NCBI GenBank assembly: GCA_046597055.1 | Contig: JBKJLC010000173.1 | Span: 1 to 40,354 of the forward strand | Length of the DNA: 40,354 bases | Direction: 5' to 3' | From: Kofleriaceae bacterium | Lineage (GTDB): Bacteria; Myxococcota_A; Polyangia; Haliangiales; Haliangiaceae | Shown: positions 31,144 through 40,354 of the stretch, one piece after another | Layout: each line of letters begins with the position of its first letter | Position numbering within the stretch: position 1 is the stretch's first letter | Notes under the pieces: generated by a model | Told to the model about the DNA's origin: nothing | The model's database searches: none | What the model saw: the letters and a program-made list of their open reading frames with translations, nothing else | Made by a program: the position numbers and the translations under genes

Positions 31144-31626
31144 ATGCGGATCTGCTTCGTCTGCCTCGGCAACATCTGTCGGTCGCCGACCGCCGAGGCG
31201 GTCATGCGCGGGGTGCTCGCGCGGGCCGGCCTGGCCGCCCGGGTGGTGCTCGACAGCGCCGGGACCGGCGCCTGGCACGTCGGCGAGCCATCCGATCCGC
31301 GGACCCGCGCGGCCGCCCGGCGACGCGGCGTCGACATTGACCATCGCGGCCGCCAGTTCGGCCGCGACGACTTCGCGCGCTTCGATCTGGTGCTGGCGAT
31401 GGACGTCGCCAACCAGCGAGCGCTGCTGGCGATGGCGCCCGACCCGGCGGCCGCCTCGAAGGTCCGGCTCCTGCGCAGCTTCGATCCGGCGGCGGCGCAC
31501 GGCGCCGAGGTGCCCGATCCGTACTACGGCGGGCCCGACGGCTTCGATCGCGTCCTCGACGTGTGCGAGGCGGCGTGCGCCGGGCTGCTGGTCCATGTCC
31601 GGGAGCGCCTGGGTGCCGGCAGCTGA
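31144..31626 (+). CDS. Low-molecular-weight protein-tyrosine phosphatase
   Basis: P-loop VCLGNICRSPTAE, DSAGTGAWHVG, VPDPYYGG. Confidence 0.96.
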   Translation: MRICFVCLGNICRSPTAEAVMRGVLARAGLAARVVLDSAGTGAWHVGEPSDPRTRAAARRRGVDIDHRGRQFGRDDFARFDLVLAMDVANQRALLAMAPDPAAASKVRLLRSFDPAAAHGAEVPDPYYGGPDGFDRVLDVCEAACAGLLVHVRERLGAGS

Positions 31627-32464
31627 CGAGCTGGCGGCCGCGATCACCGCGGCCGCGGGCGCAGCGCCGCTCGGGCTCGCGCGGGTGACCGGCGGCGACG
31701 TCAACGAGGCGTATCGCGCCCAGCTCGTCGACGGCCGCACCGTGTTCGTCAAGCATCACCGGGCCGCGCCGGCGGGCATGTTCGCGGCCGAGGCCTGGGG
31801 GCTGGGCTGGCTCGCGGCGGCCGGCGCGATCCGGGTCCCGGCGGTGATCGGCCACGGCGCACGCGTGCTGGTCCTCGAGTGGCTGTCGCCGGTCGCGCCC
31901 GGCGCCGGGTCGGCCGCGGCGCTCGGCCGGGGCCTGGCCGGGCTCCACCGCGCCGGCGCGCCCGGCTTCGGCCTCGACCACCCGAGCTTCATCGCGACGA
32001 TCCCGCAAGACAACACGCGGTGCGCGAGCTGGAGCGAGCACTGGCTCGAGCATCGCCTGCGGCCGCTGGTCGAGCGCGCGATCGGCGCGGGCCGCGGGTC
32101 GGTGCGCTGGCGGCAGGCGCTCGACGAGCTCGGGCGGCGGGCGGCGAGCCTGGCCCCCGACGAGCCGCCGGCGCGCCTGCATGGCGACCTGTGGAGCGGC
32201 AACGTCCACGCCACCACCGGCGGGCCGGCGCTGGTCGACCCCGCCGTCTATGGCGGCCCGCGCGAGGTCGACCTCGCGATGCTCGAGCTGTTCGGCGGGC
32301 TCGACGACGCGACGGTCGCCGCGTACCACGAGGTGTGGCCGCTCGCGCCCGGCCGCGCCGACCGCCGGCCGCTGTGGCAGCTGTATCCGCTGCTGGTCCA
32401 CGTGGTCCTGTTCGGCGGCAGCTACCCGCGCGCGGTCGACCGCGCGTTCGCCCACTATCTGTGA
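31613..32464 (+). CDS. Fructosamine kinase family protein
   Basis: GGDVNEAY, VFVK, MFAAEAWGL, LHGDLWSGN, DPAVYGGPREVDLAMLELFGG, QLYPLLVHVVLFG. Confidence 0.94.
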   Translation: MPAADELAAAITAAAGAAPLGLARVTGGDVNEAYRAQLVDGRTVFVKHHRAAPAGMFAAEAWGLGWLAAAGAIRVPAVIGHGARVLVLEWLSPVAPGAGSAAALGRGLAGLHRAGAPGFGLDHPSFIATIPQDNTRCASWSEHWLEHRLRPLVERAIGAGRGSVRWRQALDELGRRAASLAPDEPPARLHGDLWSGNVHATTGGPALVDPAVYGGPREVDLAMLELFGGLDDATVAAYHEVWPLAPGRADRRPLWQLYPLLVHVVLFGGSYPRAVDRAFAHYL

Positions 32465-32528
32465 CCGACCGCGCCCGGCTCGTGCTCCGAGTCTCCCGAG
32501 ACATGGCGGCGCGGTAAGCTCGGCGCCC

Positions 32529-33599
32529 ATGTCACGTCGGGCCGGTGTCGCTGCCTCGCTGTTCGTCACGTCCGCGCTCGCGGCGTGCGGCGACAACCTC
32601 GGCCCCGGGTTCGAGCCGTGGGTGCTCGAGCCGCTCGCCGCGAGCGATGGCTTCTGGGTCCGGACCCCCGAGTTCGAGGTCGCCGCCGGTGCCGAGATCC
32701 AGGACTGCTACTTCTTCCAGGTCCCGGCCGGCGCGACCGACCTGATGGTCGATCGGCTGACGATGGCGCTCAACCCGGGCAGCCACCACATGAACGTGTT
32801 CCGGGTGAACACGGTGCGGAACCTGGGGCCCACCGACGGCGCGCCGGTCGATCTCGGCGGGGTCCAGGGCAGGTTCGTCGCCGGCGGTGCGCCCGGCACC
32901 GGTGAATGCTGGAAGGCCGGCAACTGGTCCGACTGGCCGCTGGTCGCCAACTCGCAGCAATCGACGCCGGGCCAGCCGATCCTCGACTGGAACCTGCCTG
33001 ACGACGTCGCGACCCGGTTCGCGCCGGGCCAGTGGCTGATGTTGCAGGTCCACTTCGTCAACGCGACCACCCAGGAGACGCCGTTTCGCGGCCGGGGCGG
33101 CGTGAACTTCCACCTCAGCAAGGACGGCGACCGCCAGGAGCTGGGCACCCTGTTCGCCACCCAGCAGAGCATCCGCATCTGCCGCTCGAACCCGCTCCAG
33201 ACCTACTCGGGCAGCTGCTCGATGGCCAACGGCGCTCACACGATCGCGGCCGCCAACGGCCACTTCCACTCGCGCGGCAAGCGCTTCAGCATGTACGCCT
33301 GGGACGGGCAGTCGACCGAGCGGCCGGCCGATGCGGCGCGCTTCTACCAGAGCGCGCGCTGGGCCGAGCCCGACATGGCCACCGACCTGAACGTCGCGGT
33401 CCCCGACGGGGGCGGCATCTGGTGGACCTGCGAGTTCGAGTGGCGCGAGCCGGTCGAAGGCTGCGCCGCGGTCGACGCGCGCGATCCGCTGCAGGCCGGT
33501 GACTGTTGCTTCACGTTTGGCCCCACCGTCGAGTCGAGCGAGCACTGCAACGCGTTCGCGTACTACTACCCGAAGAGCGAGGACGTGAATTGTTTCTGA
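32529..33599 (+). CDS. Copper type II monooxygenase-like (PHM/DBH fold) lipoprotein
   Basis: Lipobox LAAC; EIQDCYF, GSHHMNVF, LQVHFVN, GHFHSRG, SEHCNAFAYYYP. Confidence 0.75.
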   Translation: MSRRAGVAASLFVTSALAACGDNLGPGFEPWVLEPLAASDGFWVRTPEFEVAAGAEIQDCYFFQVPAGATDLMVDRLTMALNPGSHHMNVFRVNTVRNLGPTDGAPVDLGGVQGRFVAGGAPGTGECWKAGNWSDWPLVANSQQSTPGQPILDWNLPDDVATRFAPGQWLMLQVHFVNATTQETPFRGRGGVNFHLSKDGDRQELGTLFATQQSIRICRSNPLQTYSGSCSMANGAHTIAAANGHFHSRGKRFSMYAWDGQSTERPADAARFYQSARWAEPDMATDLNVAVPDGGGIWWTCEFEWREPVEGCAAVDARDPLQAGDCCFTFGPTVESSEHCNAFAYYYPKSEDVNCF

Positions 33600-34222
33600 T
33601 CCGGTGCGCGCTGGCGACGATCCTGGCGACCACCGCACTGGCCTGCAGCGACGACGCGCCGGGGGCCTGCCCGGTCGGTGATCGCGGGCTGCCGATGGAG
33701 CTGCTCGCGATGACGTGGGATGCCCGGGCCGGCGAGCCGGTCGATCTGGTCGACGGCGGCGAGGTCGTGCTGCGCCGGCCGATCCAGGGCGGCAAGGTGA
33801 TCTACGTCGGCGTGCGCGCCCGCAACGTCGACGGCTGCGGCGTGCAGTTGACCGGCGCGCTGCGCGATGCCACCTCGCGCGAGGTGATCGCCCTCGAGCA
33901 GCGGCCGGTCCGGCTGGTCGCGCGCGCCGACGGCTGGGCCGTGCCGGCCACGCCGCTCGAGCAGTCGCTGGCCAACGTCGCCGCGTGCCCGAACGCCGAT
34001 GCCGAGGTCGACCTCGACGGCAACCGGTGGGAGCTCGAGCTCCGGCTCGAGGAGCTGCAGGGCGGCCGGCGCGCGACCCTCAACCTGATGGTGCGGCCGC
34101 GGTGCCCGGCCGACGAGGCGTTCGAGTGCGCCTGCGAGTGCGACTCCGACTTCCAGATCGGCGGCGAGTGTCCGGTCGATCCGGGCGACGAGCCCGACGC
34201 CGGCGTCGACGCCGGCGCGTGA
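33590..34222 (+). CDS. Cys-rich hypothetical lipoprotein
   Basis: TTG start overlapping the upstream stop with GAGGA RBS; lipobox ALAC; RPIQGGKVIYVGVRARN; C-terminal CxCxC. Confidence 0.7.
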   Translation: MFLIRCALATILATTALACSDDAPGACPVGDRGLPMELLAMTWDARAGEPVDLVDGGEVVLRRPIQGGKVIYVGVRARNVDGCGVQLTGALRDATSREVIALEQRPVRLVARADGWAVPATPLEQSLANVAACPNADAEVDLDGNRWELELRLEELQGGRRATLNLMVRPRCPADEAFECACECDSDFQIGGECPVDPGDEPDAGVDAGA

Positions 34223-34245
34223 GCCCGCAGTCTGCCGTCTGCCGT

Positions 34246-34470
34246 CTGCCCTTCGACACGGCGCCTGCGGCGCCGGCTCAGGGCCACCGGGAAATGGTGA
34301 GCGCTTCCGATCACATGACTGCTTGTGATCAATCCCGAGGTCTGCCCTTCGACACGGCGCGCCCGAGCATCCTGAGCGAGGACCGGCGCGGAGCGACGGC
34401 CGAGTCGAAGGACGGCGCCGGCTCAGGGCCACCGGGAAAGGTGAACCCTTCGATCACCTTGCGAGTTGCG
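34246..34470. repeat. REP-like repeat cluster C (2 units; the second carries a nested inverted copy)
   Basis: Units start at 34246 and 34342 (period 96) between convergent genes; an insert of ~50 bp at ~34361-34412. Confidence 0.9.
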
Positions 34471-34489
34471 GTGAGCCCCGGGGCGGCGG

Positions 34490-35809
34490 TCAGTAGAGCG
34501 GTTCGAGCTGGTCGGGGATCGGCTGGCCGGCCTCGTCGGTGATGAGGTCACCGCGGGCGTCGCGCGTGGTGCTGCACGGGTACGGCGTGGTGCGCCGGGC
34601 CCGCGGGTTGATGAACATCGGCTGGAACAGCCACCTGTCCTGGTAGTTGCGGAGCGCGTTGCAGGTCAGCTGGAGCTTGGCCCGGTGGATCGCCAGCTTC
34701 AGCACGGTCGCGTCCTTCACGAACGCGATGTCGGTGTCGGAGTCGCCGGCGGCGAACACCGGCCGCTGGCTCTCGTCGGGGTTGAACGGCAGCTGGCGCT
34801 CGACCGGCTGCCGGTAGATCACCTTGTTGATCCAGCAGCGCTTGCCCTCGTCGTACGTGATCATGGTGTTGGCGCCGTCGGGGACCGGGCCGCAGCCCTC
34901 GGTGTCGGCGGTGACCCGACCCCCGCGCACGACCTGGCGGATGCCGATCACGTGGTTGGCCGGGATCCCGACCAGGTCGTCGGCGACCGCCTCGATCACG
35001 AGCTGCGGCGACGCGGTCAAGATCCAGACGTCGAAGCCGTTGTCCTGCAGCACCGACACCAGCTCGCGGCTCTGGTCGTAGATGCGCAGCCAGCCGTTGT
35101 CGACGAAGGTGCCGATCGTCGTGGTCGCGCCGATCGGCGCGGCCAGGCCCTCGCCGATCGCGGCCTCGGCCCACGCGTGGAGCTCGTGCGGCTTGTGGCC
35201 GGCCATGATCTGCGCGGTCAGCTGGTAGGTGTAGTCGGCGTAGGGCGTCACCGTCGCGTACCGCCACGCGGGCAGGCCGGCCACGGTCTTGCCGACCAGG
35301 TACGCGCTGTAGAGCTCGTTGGCGCACGCGACGTGGCTGCTGGTCGGCAGGGGCTGGCCGGGCTCGGCCAGCGGGCCGCACGCCGCGGCGAGCGCGGCGC
35401 GGGCGGCGTCGGACAGGTGCGGGCTGACGTGGGCCCAGTCGCGGTCGGGTGGCTGCAGGACGTGATCGTTGTTGATCATGTAGAACGTGAACCGGTCGCC
35501 GGTGTCGTTCTTCGTGATCGTGTTGTCCCAGTCGAGCGCCACCACCGGCGGAGCGCTGGGATCGAAGCCCGGGCTGCGCCGGCCGCGCTCGAGGATCAGC
35601 TGGTTGATCCGGTCGCGGTTGCCGGCGAACCAGCCGCTGGTTTCCAGCAGCGGCAGGTCCTCGACGCTGACGTCGTGGCTGGTGGTGGCGGTCGGGTCGG
35701 CTGCGTCGACGCAGCCGCCGAGCGCGAGGGTGAAGACGCCGGTGATGGTCAGCCACCCCATCCCGCCGCGGTTCCGCCGTCCCTGGTCATTGCCAGCGTG
35801 GGTCATCAT
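34490..35809 (-). CDS. HAD-superfamily hydrolase lipoprotein
   Basis: Lipobox LGGC; motif I LDWDNT, motif II WILTAS, GK, motif IV AGDSDTD; GGAGAGGA RBS. Confidence 0.88.
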   Translation of the reverse strand: MMTHAGNDQGRRNRGGMGWLTITGVFTLALGGCVDAADPTATTSHDVSVEDLPLLETSGWFAGNRDRINQLILERGRRSPGFDPSAPPVVALDWDNTITKNDTGDRFTFYMINNDHVLQPPDRDWAHVSPHLSDAARAALAAACGPLAEPGQPLPTSSHVACANELYSAYLVGKTVAGLPAWRYATVTPYADYTYQLTAQIMAGHKPHELHAWAEAAIGEGLAAPIGATTTIGTFVDNGWLRIYDQSRELVSVLQDNGFDVWILTASPQLVIEAVADDLVGIPANHVIGIRQVVRGGRVTADTEGCGPVPDGANTMITYDEGKRCWINKVIYRQPVERQLPFNPDESQRPVFAAGDSDTDIAFVKDATVLKLAIHRAKLQLTCNALRNYQDRWLFQPMFINPRARRTTPYPCSTTRDARGDLITDEAGQPIPDQLEPLY

Positions 35810-35914
35810 GGTGCGATCCTCTCCAGAGTTCGAGTCATGGATTTCAGTCATCGACACCCGGCCAGTCTTGATCAACGTCACGTGACCTGGCAGTCGCGCC
35901 GACGTGAAGCGCGC

Positions 35915-36922
35915 GTGAAGCCGGGAGTCGCGGCCGCGCTGCTGGCCTGCCTCGCGCTCGCCGGTTGTCCGGAGCAGGGCGACGACTGCGCCGGGTGGCA
36001 GTCGCGCGCCGGCGGGCTCGACCGCGTCGCGCTGGCGGTGCAGGGCCGCGGCCCCGACGACGTCTGGGTGGTCGGCGGTGGGCTCGGCCTCGGCGGCGCC
36101 CTGGCGGCGCACTGGGACGGCGCGGGCTGGACCCGGCGCGACCCCGACCTCGACGACACGCTGTGGTGGGTGTGGACCGCGCCCGATGACACGGTGTGGA
36201 TGGTCGGCGAGCGCGGCGCGGTCGTGCGAATGCGCGGCGCCGACGTGCAGGTCGACCGGATCGCGACCGACGCGACGATCTACGGCGTGTGGGGCGCGGC
36301 CAGCGACGACGTCTGGCTGGTCGGCGGCGTCGCCGGCGGCGGGCCCGATGGCGAGGACGATCTGATCCGGCGCTGGGACGGCGCGGCGTTCGTGACCCCG
36401 GCCGGCGTGCCGGCGCGGGGGGCGACGCTGTTCAAGGTGTGGGGCTCGACCACCAGCGACGTGTGGCTCTCGGGCGAGGCGGGCACGATGCTGCGCTGGA
36501 ACGGGCTCGGCTTCGAGGACCGCTCGGCCGAGCTGGCGACCCTGGCCCCGGCGCTGACCGTGCACGGCTGCTCGGCGACCGAGGCCTACGCGGTCGCCGG
36601 TCAGCGGCTGTACGGCTGGGACGGCGCGCGCTGGCAGGCACGCACCGACGTGAGCCTCGGCAGCGTCGCCAGCGGGGTCGCGTGCGGAGCCGCCGGGGTG
36701 GTCGTGGTCGGCAACGCCGGCCTCAAGCTGCGCTGGGACCGCGCGACCGGCGCCTGGTCCGACGACCGCGCCGCGGCGCCGACCGCGACCGACCTGCACG
36801 GCGCCTGGGTCGATGACGCCGGGCGGACCTGGGCGGTCGGCGGCAACTTCAACCAGCCGGGCGCGGCGCGTCGGACCGGGGTGGTCGGCGTGCGCGGCTG
36901 CCCGGCCGTCGGAAGCTGGTGA
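35915..36922 (+). CDS. Beta-propeller-like repeat lipoprotein
   Basis: Lipobox LAGC; about seven repeats of VWG-x(3)-DVW-x-VG..(H/R)WDG. Confidence 0.82.
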   Translation: MKPGVAAALLACLALAGCPEQGDDCAGWQSRAGGLDRVALAVQGRGPDDVWVVGGGLGLGGALAAHWDGAGWTRRDPDLDDTLWWVWTAPDDTVWMVGERGAVVRMRGADVQVDRIATDATIYGVWGAASDDVWLVGGVAGGGPDGEDDLIRRWDGAAFVTPAGVPARGATLFKVWGSTTSDVWLSGEAGTMLRWNGLGFEDRSAELATLAPALTVHGCSATEAYAVAGQRLYGWDGARWQARTDVSLGSVASGVACGAAGVVVVGNAGLKLRWDRATGAWSDDRAAAPTATDLHGAWVDDAGRTWAVGGNFNQPGAARRTGVVGVRGCPAVGSW

Positions 36923-37261
36923 CTACTTCGCCTGAGAGATCTTGTTGCCGGTACCGGTGCGCACGATCTTGGGCGCCTTCGACTTCCAGCCCCGCTGGTA
37001 GCTGATCGTGTTCTCGGCGCCGTTGAGCGTGATCTTGTCGGCGGCCTCGATGATGACGGTGTTGCCGCTCCCGTTCACGACCACCTTCGAGCAGCCACCG
37101 CTGACGGTGATCTTGTTGTCGGCGCCGTTGAGCACCAGCTCACCACCGTCGCCGCAGGTCACGGAGGAGGTCTGCCCAGCGTCGTTCACCACCACGCGGG
37201 GCGCGTCGGCCCATGCGGCGGGCGCGACCATCATTGCTGCCAGCAGGATCAGTTTCTTCAA
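36923..37261 (-). CDS. DUF3060-like secreted beta-helix protein
   Basis: TTG start with GGAGG RBS; signal peptide; repeated V-x-G-x-x-N-x-(I/V) units (LNGADNKITVSGGC, VNGSGNTV, LNGAENTI). Confidence 0.8.
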   Translation of the reverse strand: MKKLILLAAMMVAPAAWADAPRVVVNDAGQTSSVTCGDGGELVLNGADNKITVSGGCSKVVVNGSGNTVIIEAADKITLNGAENTISYQRGWKSKAPKIVRTGTGNKISQAK

Positions 37262-37333
37262 GGTGACCTCCGGTCGGCGTTGACCTGACCTCAAGCATGG
37301 CATGAACCAGCCAATCGCGTAGGCTGACTTGCG

Positions 37334-38971
37334 ATGACGACCGAGCATCCTTCCGTGGACGATGCCCGCCTGGTCCTGGCCGCCGCCGAGGCGCTCTCGA
37401 GCGCCGCCGTGGCGCGCACGGCCGAGCTCACCAAACGCGGCGAGCGCATCGACGATCACCAGGTGATCGTGGAGCGTGTGATCTATGCCGCAACCGAGGT
37501 CCGCGCCGCGCGCTCGCTGGTGTCCGCGGTCGAGGCCAACCCGGGCGCCGACGCCGGCTTCCGCCACCCGGCGCTGGCCGCGGTCGCCGAGCTCGCCCGC
37601 AGCGCGCGCGAGCGGCTCGATCCGATCGGCCCCGATCTCGGCGGCCTCGACGTCGACGCCAGCTACACCGCCCCGGTCCGGGCCGCGCTCCACCGGCTCG
37701 GACACGAGCGCGTGATCCGCGCGATCGGCCGCGCGGTCGCCGAGACCCGCGGCAAGAACCCGTGGCCGCTCGACGGCACGCTCACCGAGGTGCGCCAGAG
37801 CGTGCGCCAGTTCGCCGACAAGCAGGTCGCGCCGGCGGCCGAGCACATTCACCGTCACGACGAGCTGGTGCCCGAGCGCTTCATCACCGAGATGGCCTCC
37901 CTCGGCTACTTCGGCCTGTCGATCCCGGAGAAGTTCGGCGGGCACGAGCTGGGCAACCTCGCGATGATCCTCACCACCGAGGAGCTGTCGCGCGCGTCGC
38001 TGGCGAGCGCGGGCTCGCTCATCACCCGCCCCGAGATCCTGGCCAAGGCGCTGATCGCCGGCGGCACCGAGGCCCAGAAGCAGACCTGGCTGCCCAAGAT
38101 CGGCTCGGGCGAGCTGATGGTCGCGATCTCGGTCACCGAGCCCAACGTCGGCAGCGACGTCGCCTCGGTCGCGTGCCGCGCCGAGCCGGCCACCGTCGAC
38201 GGCCAGGCCGGCTACCGGATCAACGGCGCCAAGGCGTGGTGCACGTTCGCCGGTCGCGCCGATGTGATCGCGATGCTGCTCCGCACCGACCCCGACCCGG
38301 CCAAGGGCGCCAAGGGGCTGTCGCTGTTCATCGTCGAGAAGCCGCGCTTCGACGGCCACGAGTTCACCACCAGCCAGCCTGGGGGCGGCAAGCTGACCGG
38401 CAAGGCCGATCGCACGCCCGGCTACCGCGGCATGCACTCGTTCACGCTGTCGCTCGAGGACTGGTTGGTGCCGGCGGCCAACCTGGTCGGCGAGCAGGCC
38501 GGCCTGGGCAAGGGCTTTTATCTGCAGATGGCCGGCTTCGCGGCCGGGCGGCTGCAGACCGGCGGCCGCGCCTGCGGCGTCATGCAGGCCGCGCTCGAGA
38601 AGACCGCCGAGTACGTGGTCGCCCGCGGCCAGTTCGGCAAGCCGATCATCGAGTTCGGCCTGACCCAGCACCACCTCGGCCGCATGGCCTGCCGGCTCGC
38701 GGCCGCCCGCGCGATCACGTACGAGGCCGCGCTGGCGATGGACCGCGACGAGCGCGCGGCGGCCCCGCTGGCCGCGCAGGCCAAGCTGTTCGCGTGCGAC
38801 GTCGCGGTCGACGCCACCCAGACCGGTCAGCTGCTGCACGGTGGCTGGGGCTACGCCGAGGAGTACGCGATCAGCCGCTACGTGATCGACGCGCTGGTCC
38901 TGCCGATCTTCGAGGGCGTGAAGCCGATCCTGGTGCTCAAGGTCATCGCGCGGGCCCTGCTCGCGGCGTGA
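37334..38971 (+). CDS. Acyl-CoA dehydrogenase with N-terminal extension (methylsuccinyl-CoA dehydrogenase-like)
   Basis: [42 protein letters not shown]; 545 aa. Confidence 0.93.
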   Translation: MTTEHPSVDDARLVLAAAEALSSAAVARTAELTKRGERIDDHQVIVERVIYAATEVRAARSLVSAVEANPGADAGFRHPALAAVAELARSARERLDPIGPDLGGLDVDASYTAPVRAALHRLGHERVIRAIGRAVAETRGKNPWPLDGTLTEVRQSVRQFADKQVAPAAEHIHRHDELVPERFITEMASLGYFGLSIPEKFGGHELGNLAMILTTEELSRASLASAGSLITRPEILAKALIAGGTEAQKQTWLPKIGSGELMVAISVTEPNVGSDVASVACRAEPATVDGQAGYRINGAKAWCTFAGRADVIAMLLRTDPDPAKGAKGLSLFIVEKPRFDGHEFTTSQPGGGKLTGKADRTPGYRGMHSFTLSLEDWLVPAANLVGEQAGLGKGFYLQMAGFAAGRLQTGGRACGVMQAALEKTAEYVVARGQFGKPIIEFGLTQHHLGRMACRLAAARAITYEAALAMDRDERAAAPLAAQAKLFACDVAVDATQTGQLLHGGWGYAEEYAISRYVIDALVLPIFEGVKPILVLKVIARALLAA

Positions 38972-38981
38972 GGGTTGGCGG

Positions 38982-39860
38982 GTGAAGCGCCTCAACAAGT
39001 TCATCAGCGAGAGCGGCATCTGCTCGCGACGCGAGGCCGACGCCTGGATCGCCGCCGGGCGGGTCACGATCAACGGCAAGCGCGCCGATCTCGGCACCCA
39101 GGTCGGCGACGGCGACGTGGTCCGGGTCGACGGCGCGGTGGTCGGCGCCCCCGAGGAGCGGCCGCCGACCGTCTACATCGCGCTCAACAAGCCGGTCGGC
39201 ATCACCTGCACGACCGAGCGTCACGTCGACGGCAACATCGTCGACCACGTCGCCCACCCCCAGCGGATCTTCCCGATCGGTCGCCTCGACAAGGACTCCG
39301 AGGGGCTGATCTTGCTCACCAACGACGGCGACATCGTCAACGAGGTGCTGCGCGCCGAGCATGGCCACGAGAAGGAGTACCTGGTCCGGGTCGATCGGCC
39401 GCTGACCGACGAGTTCCTCGGCCAGATGGCGCGAGGTGTCCGGATCCCGGACGCTCTGACCAGGCCGTGCAAGATCTGGTCGGTGGGCCCGAGCCAGTTC
39501 CGGATCGTGCTGACCCAGGGCCTCAACCGGCAGATCCGCCGCATGTGCGAGGCGCTCGGCTACGACGTGGTCGCGCTGCAGCGGCTGCGCATCATGCACA
39601 TCGAGCTGGGCGACCTGAAGGTCGGGCGCTGGCGCGACCTCACCGCCGACGAGGTCGCGGGCCTGATGCCGCCGGTGCCGCGGCCCAAGCAGTCGCCCGG
39701 GGTGGTGCCGCCGCGCGCGGGGCCGCCCGGGCCCGCCCCGCGGCCGTTCGGGGCCCGGCCCACCGGGGCGCCACCGCCGCGGCCGTTCGGGGCGCCACCG
39801 CCACGGCCCGGGCGTCCGGGCGGGGCCGCGCGCGGCCCTGGGCGTCGCGGCGGCCGCTGA
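38982..39860 (+). CDS. rluF: 23S rRNA pseudouridine synthase RluF-like (RsuA family)
   Basis: S4 domain [65 protein letters not shown]; Pro/Arg-rich tail. Confidence 0.88.
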   Translation: MKRLNKFISESGICSRREADAWIAAGRVTINGKRADLGTQVGDGDVVRVDGAVVGAPEERPPTVYIALNKPVGITCTTERHVDGNIVDHVAHPQRIFPIGRLDKDSEGLILLTNDGDIVNEVLRAEHGHEKEYLVRVDRPLTDEFLGQMARGVRIPDALTRPCKIWSVGPSQFRIVLTQGLNRQIRRMCEALGYDVVALQRLRIMHIELGDLKVGRWRDLTADEVAGLMPPVPRPKQSPGVVPPRAGPPGPAPRPFGARPTGAPPPRPFGAPPPRPGRPGGAARGPGRRGGR

Positions 39861-39861
39861 C

Positions 39862-40125
39862 TCAGCGCTGCTGGCGTTGCCGCAGGTACAGGAGAATCAC
39901 GCCGGCGACGAAGAAGGGCGCGATCACGAGCGCCTCGCCGTAGTCCGCGAGCGTCTCGCGCGACAGGCCTGAACGCCCGACGACGAGGATCATCAAGGCC
40001 AGCAAGGCCAGTCCGACGAGCCCCCCGACGACCCGCTTCCAGATCGGGTCTGGCGTCTCGGCGCGGGGCAACACGCCCCAGGGTCCGCCCCTGCGGGGCT
40101 TGGAGGATGGGTCCGGGCCGCTCAT
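39862..40125 (-). CDS. Small two-helix membrane protein, hypothetical
   Basis: 87 aa with two hydrophobic segments, filling the gap between convergent/divergent neighbours. Confidence 0.6.
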   Translation of the reverse strand: MSGPDPSSKPRRGGPWGVLPRAETPDPIWKRVVGGLVGLALLALMILVVGRSGLSRETLADYGEALVIAPFFVAGVILLYLRQRQQR

Positions 40126-40272
40126 TCCGTGTATCTAGGCGTCGCCGCGTCCTCCGCACAAGCCCTGACGGTGCGGCTGCCTGACTCTGCCACCCGTGGG
40201 CGCGTAGCCTGGCGGGTGGTGGCGGCAGGCCGTCCGCGCACGCCGGCGCGGCACCGGCTAGACTGACCGGCC

Positions 40273-40354
40273 GTGCGGATCCTCCTGCTCACGCCGCCGA
40301 TGACCCAGCTGAACACGCCGTATCCGGCGACGGCGTATCTCACTGGCTTCCTGC
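40273..40354 (+). CDS. 5' end of a probable B12-binding radical SAM protein (cut by the window edge)
   Basis: Reads (M)RILLLTPPMTQLNTPYPATAYLTGFL, an N-terminus I recognise from that family; TAGACT 8 nt upstream of the GTG. Confidence 0.7.
   Translation, partial: MRILLLTPPMTQLNTPYPATAYLTGFL

Noticed and set aside
31144..32464. LMW-PTP + fructosamine kinase pair as a novel system
   Set aside because: A pairing already familiar from other bacteria; nothing unusual in either sequence.
35833..35886. AGTCAT direct repeat and palindromes TTGATCAA and GTCACGTGAC in the HAD/propeller divergent region
   Set aside because: Possibly regulatory, but there is no second instance or local regulator to support a call.
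36923..39097. 724-aa minus-strand ORF, and similar long ORFs 2909..4738, 8148..10331, 14046..16199, 21967..24060, 34685..35914
   Set aside because: Antisense or off-frame shadows of real genes, expected at this GC content; only the 36923-37261 part of the first is a plausible gene.

Overview
A very GC-rich bacterial window. Gene style (Ser/Thr kinase, many cysteine-anchored lipoproteins, glycine-rich paralogues, WG-x-x-x-D-V-W propeller protein) suggests Myxococcota, possibly Kofleriaceae/Haliangium-like; this is inference, not a database result. About 37 credible CDSs are present and most other ORFs in the track are GC-rich shadow frames. Gene order: EamA exporter, MocR regulator, PhzF; FAD oxidoreductase; MtfA/M90 peptidase; a His/Cys-rich small ORF + TonB-dependent receptor + lipoprotein unit; two divergent PepSY genes beside a TolC-MFP-RND-response regulator-kinase operon; cls and a GlsB/YeaQ protein; EEP nuclease; Ser/Thr kinase; feoAB with a Fur-like box, divergent from an HNH gene; two Gly-rich lipoprotein paralogues; histidine kinase, LMW-PTP, fructosamine kinase; a PHM-like copper monooxygenase lipoprotein; HAD hydrolase; propeller lipoprotein; DUF3060-like protein; Mcd-like acyl-CoA dehydrogenase; rluF; start of a radical SAM gene. 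No rRNA, tRNA, CRISPR array or transposase was seen. The most interesting signals are: (1) a candidate metal-sensing arrest/leader peptide (ending LAPKISPP) with a TGCAA-N5-TTGCA operator ahead of a CxC-bearing TonB receptor; (2) a PepSY/two-component/RND module with three matching tandem operator sites; (3) a REP-like ~96-bp repeat family with ssDNA-hairpin features and one nested insertion; (4) about 11 genes with a -10-like hexamer 6 or 8 nt before the start codon, suggesting leaderless mRNAs; (5) a PHM-like enzyme with His in place of the CuM Met. Start codons were chosen by eye.
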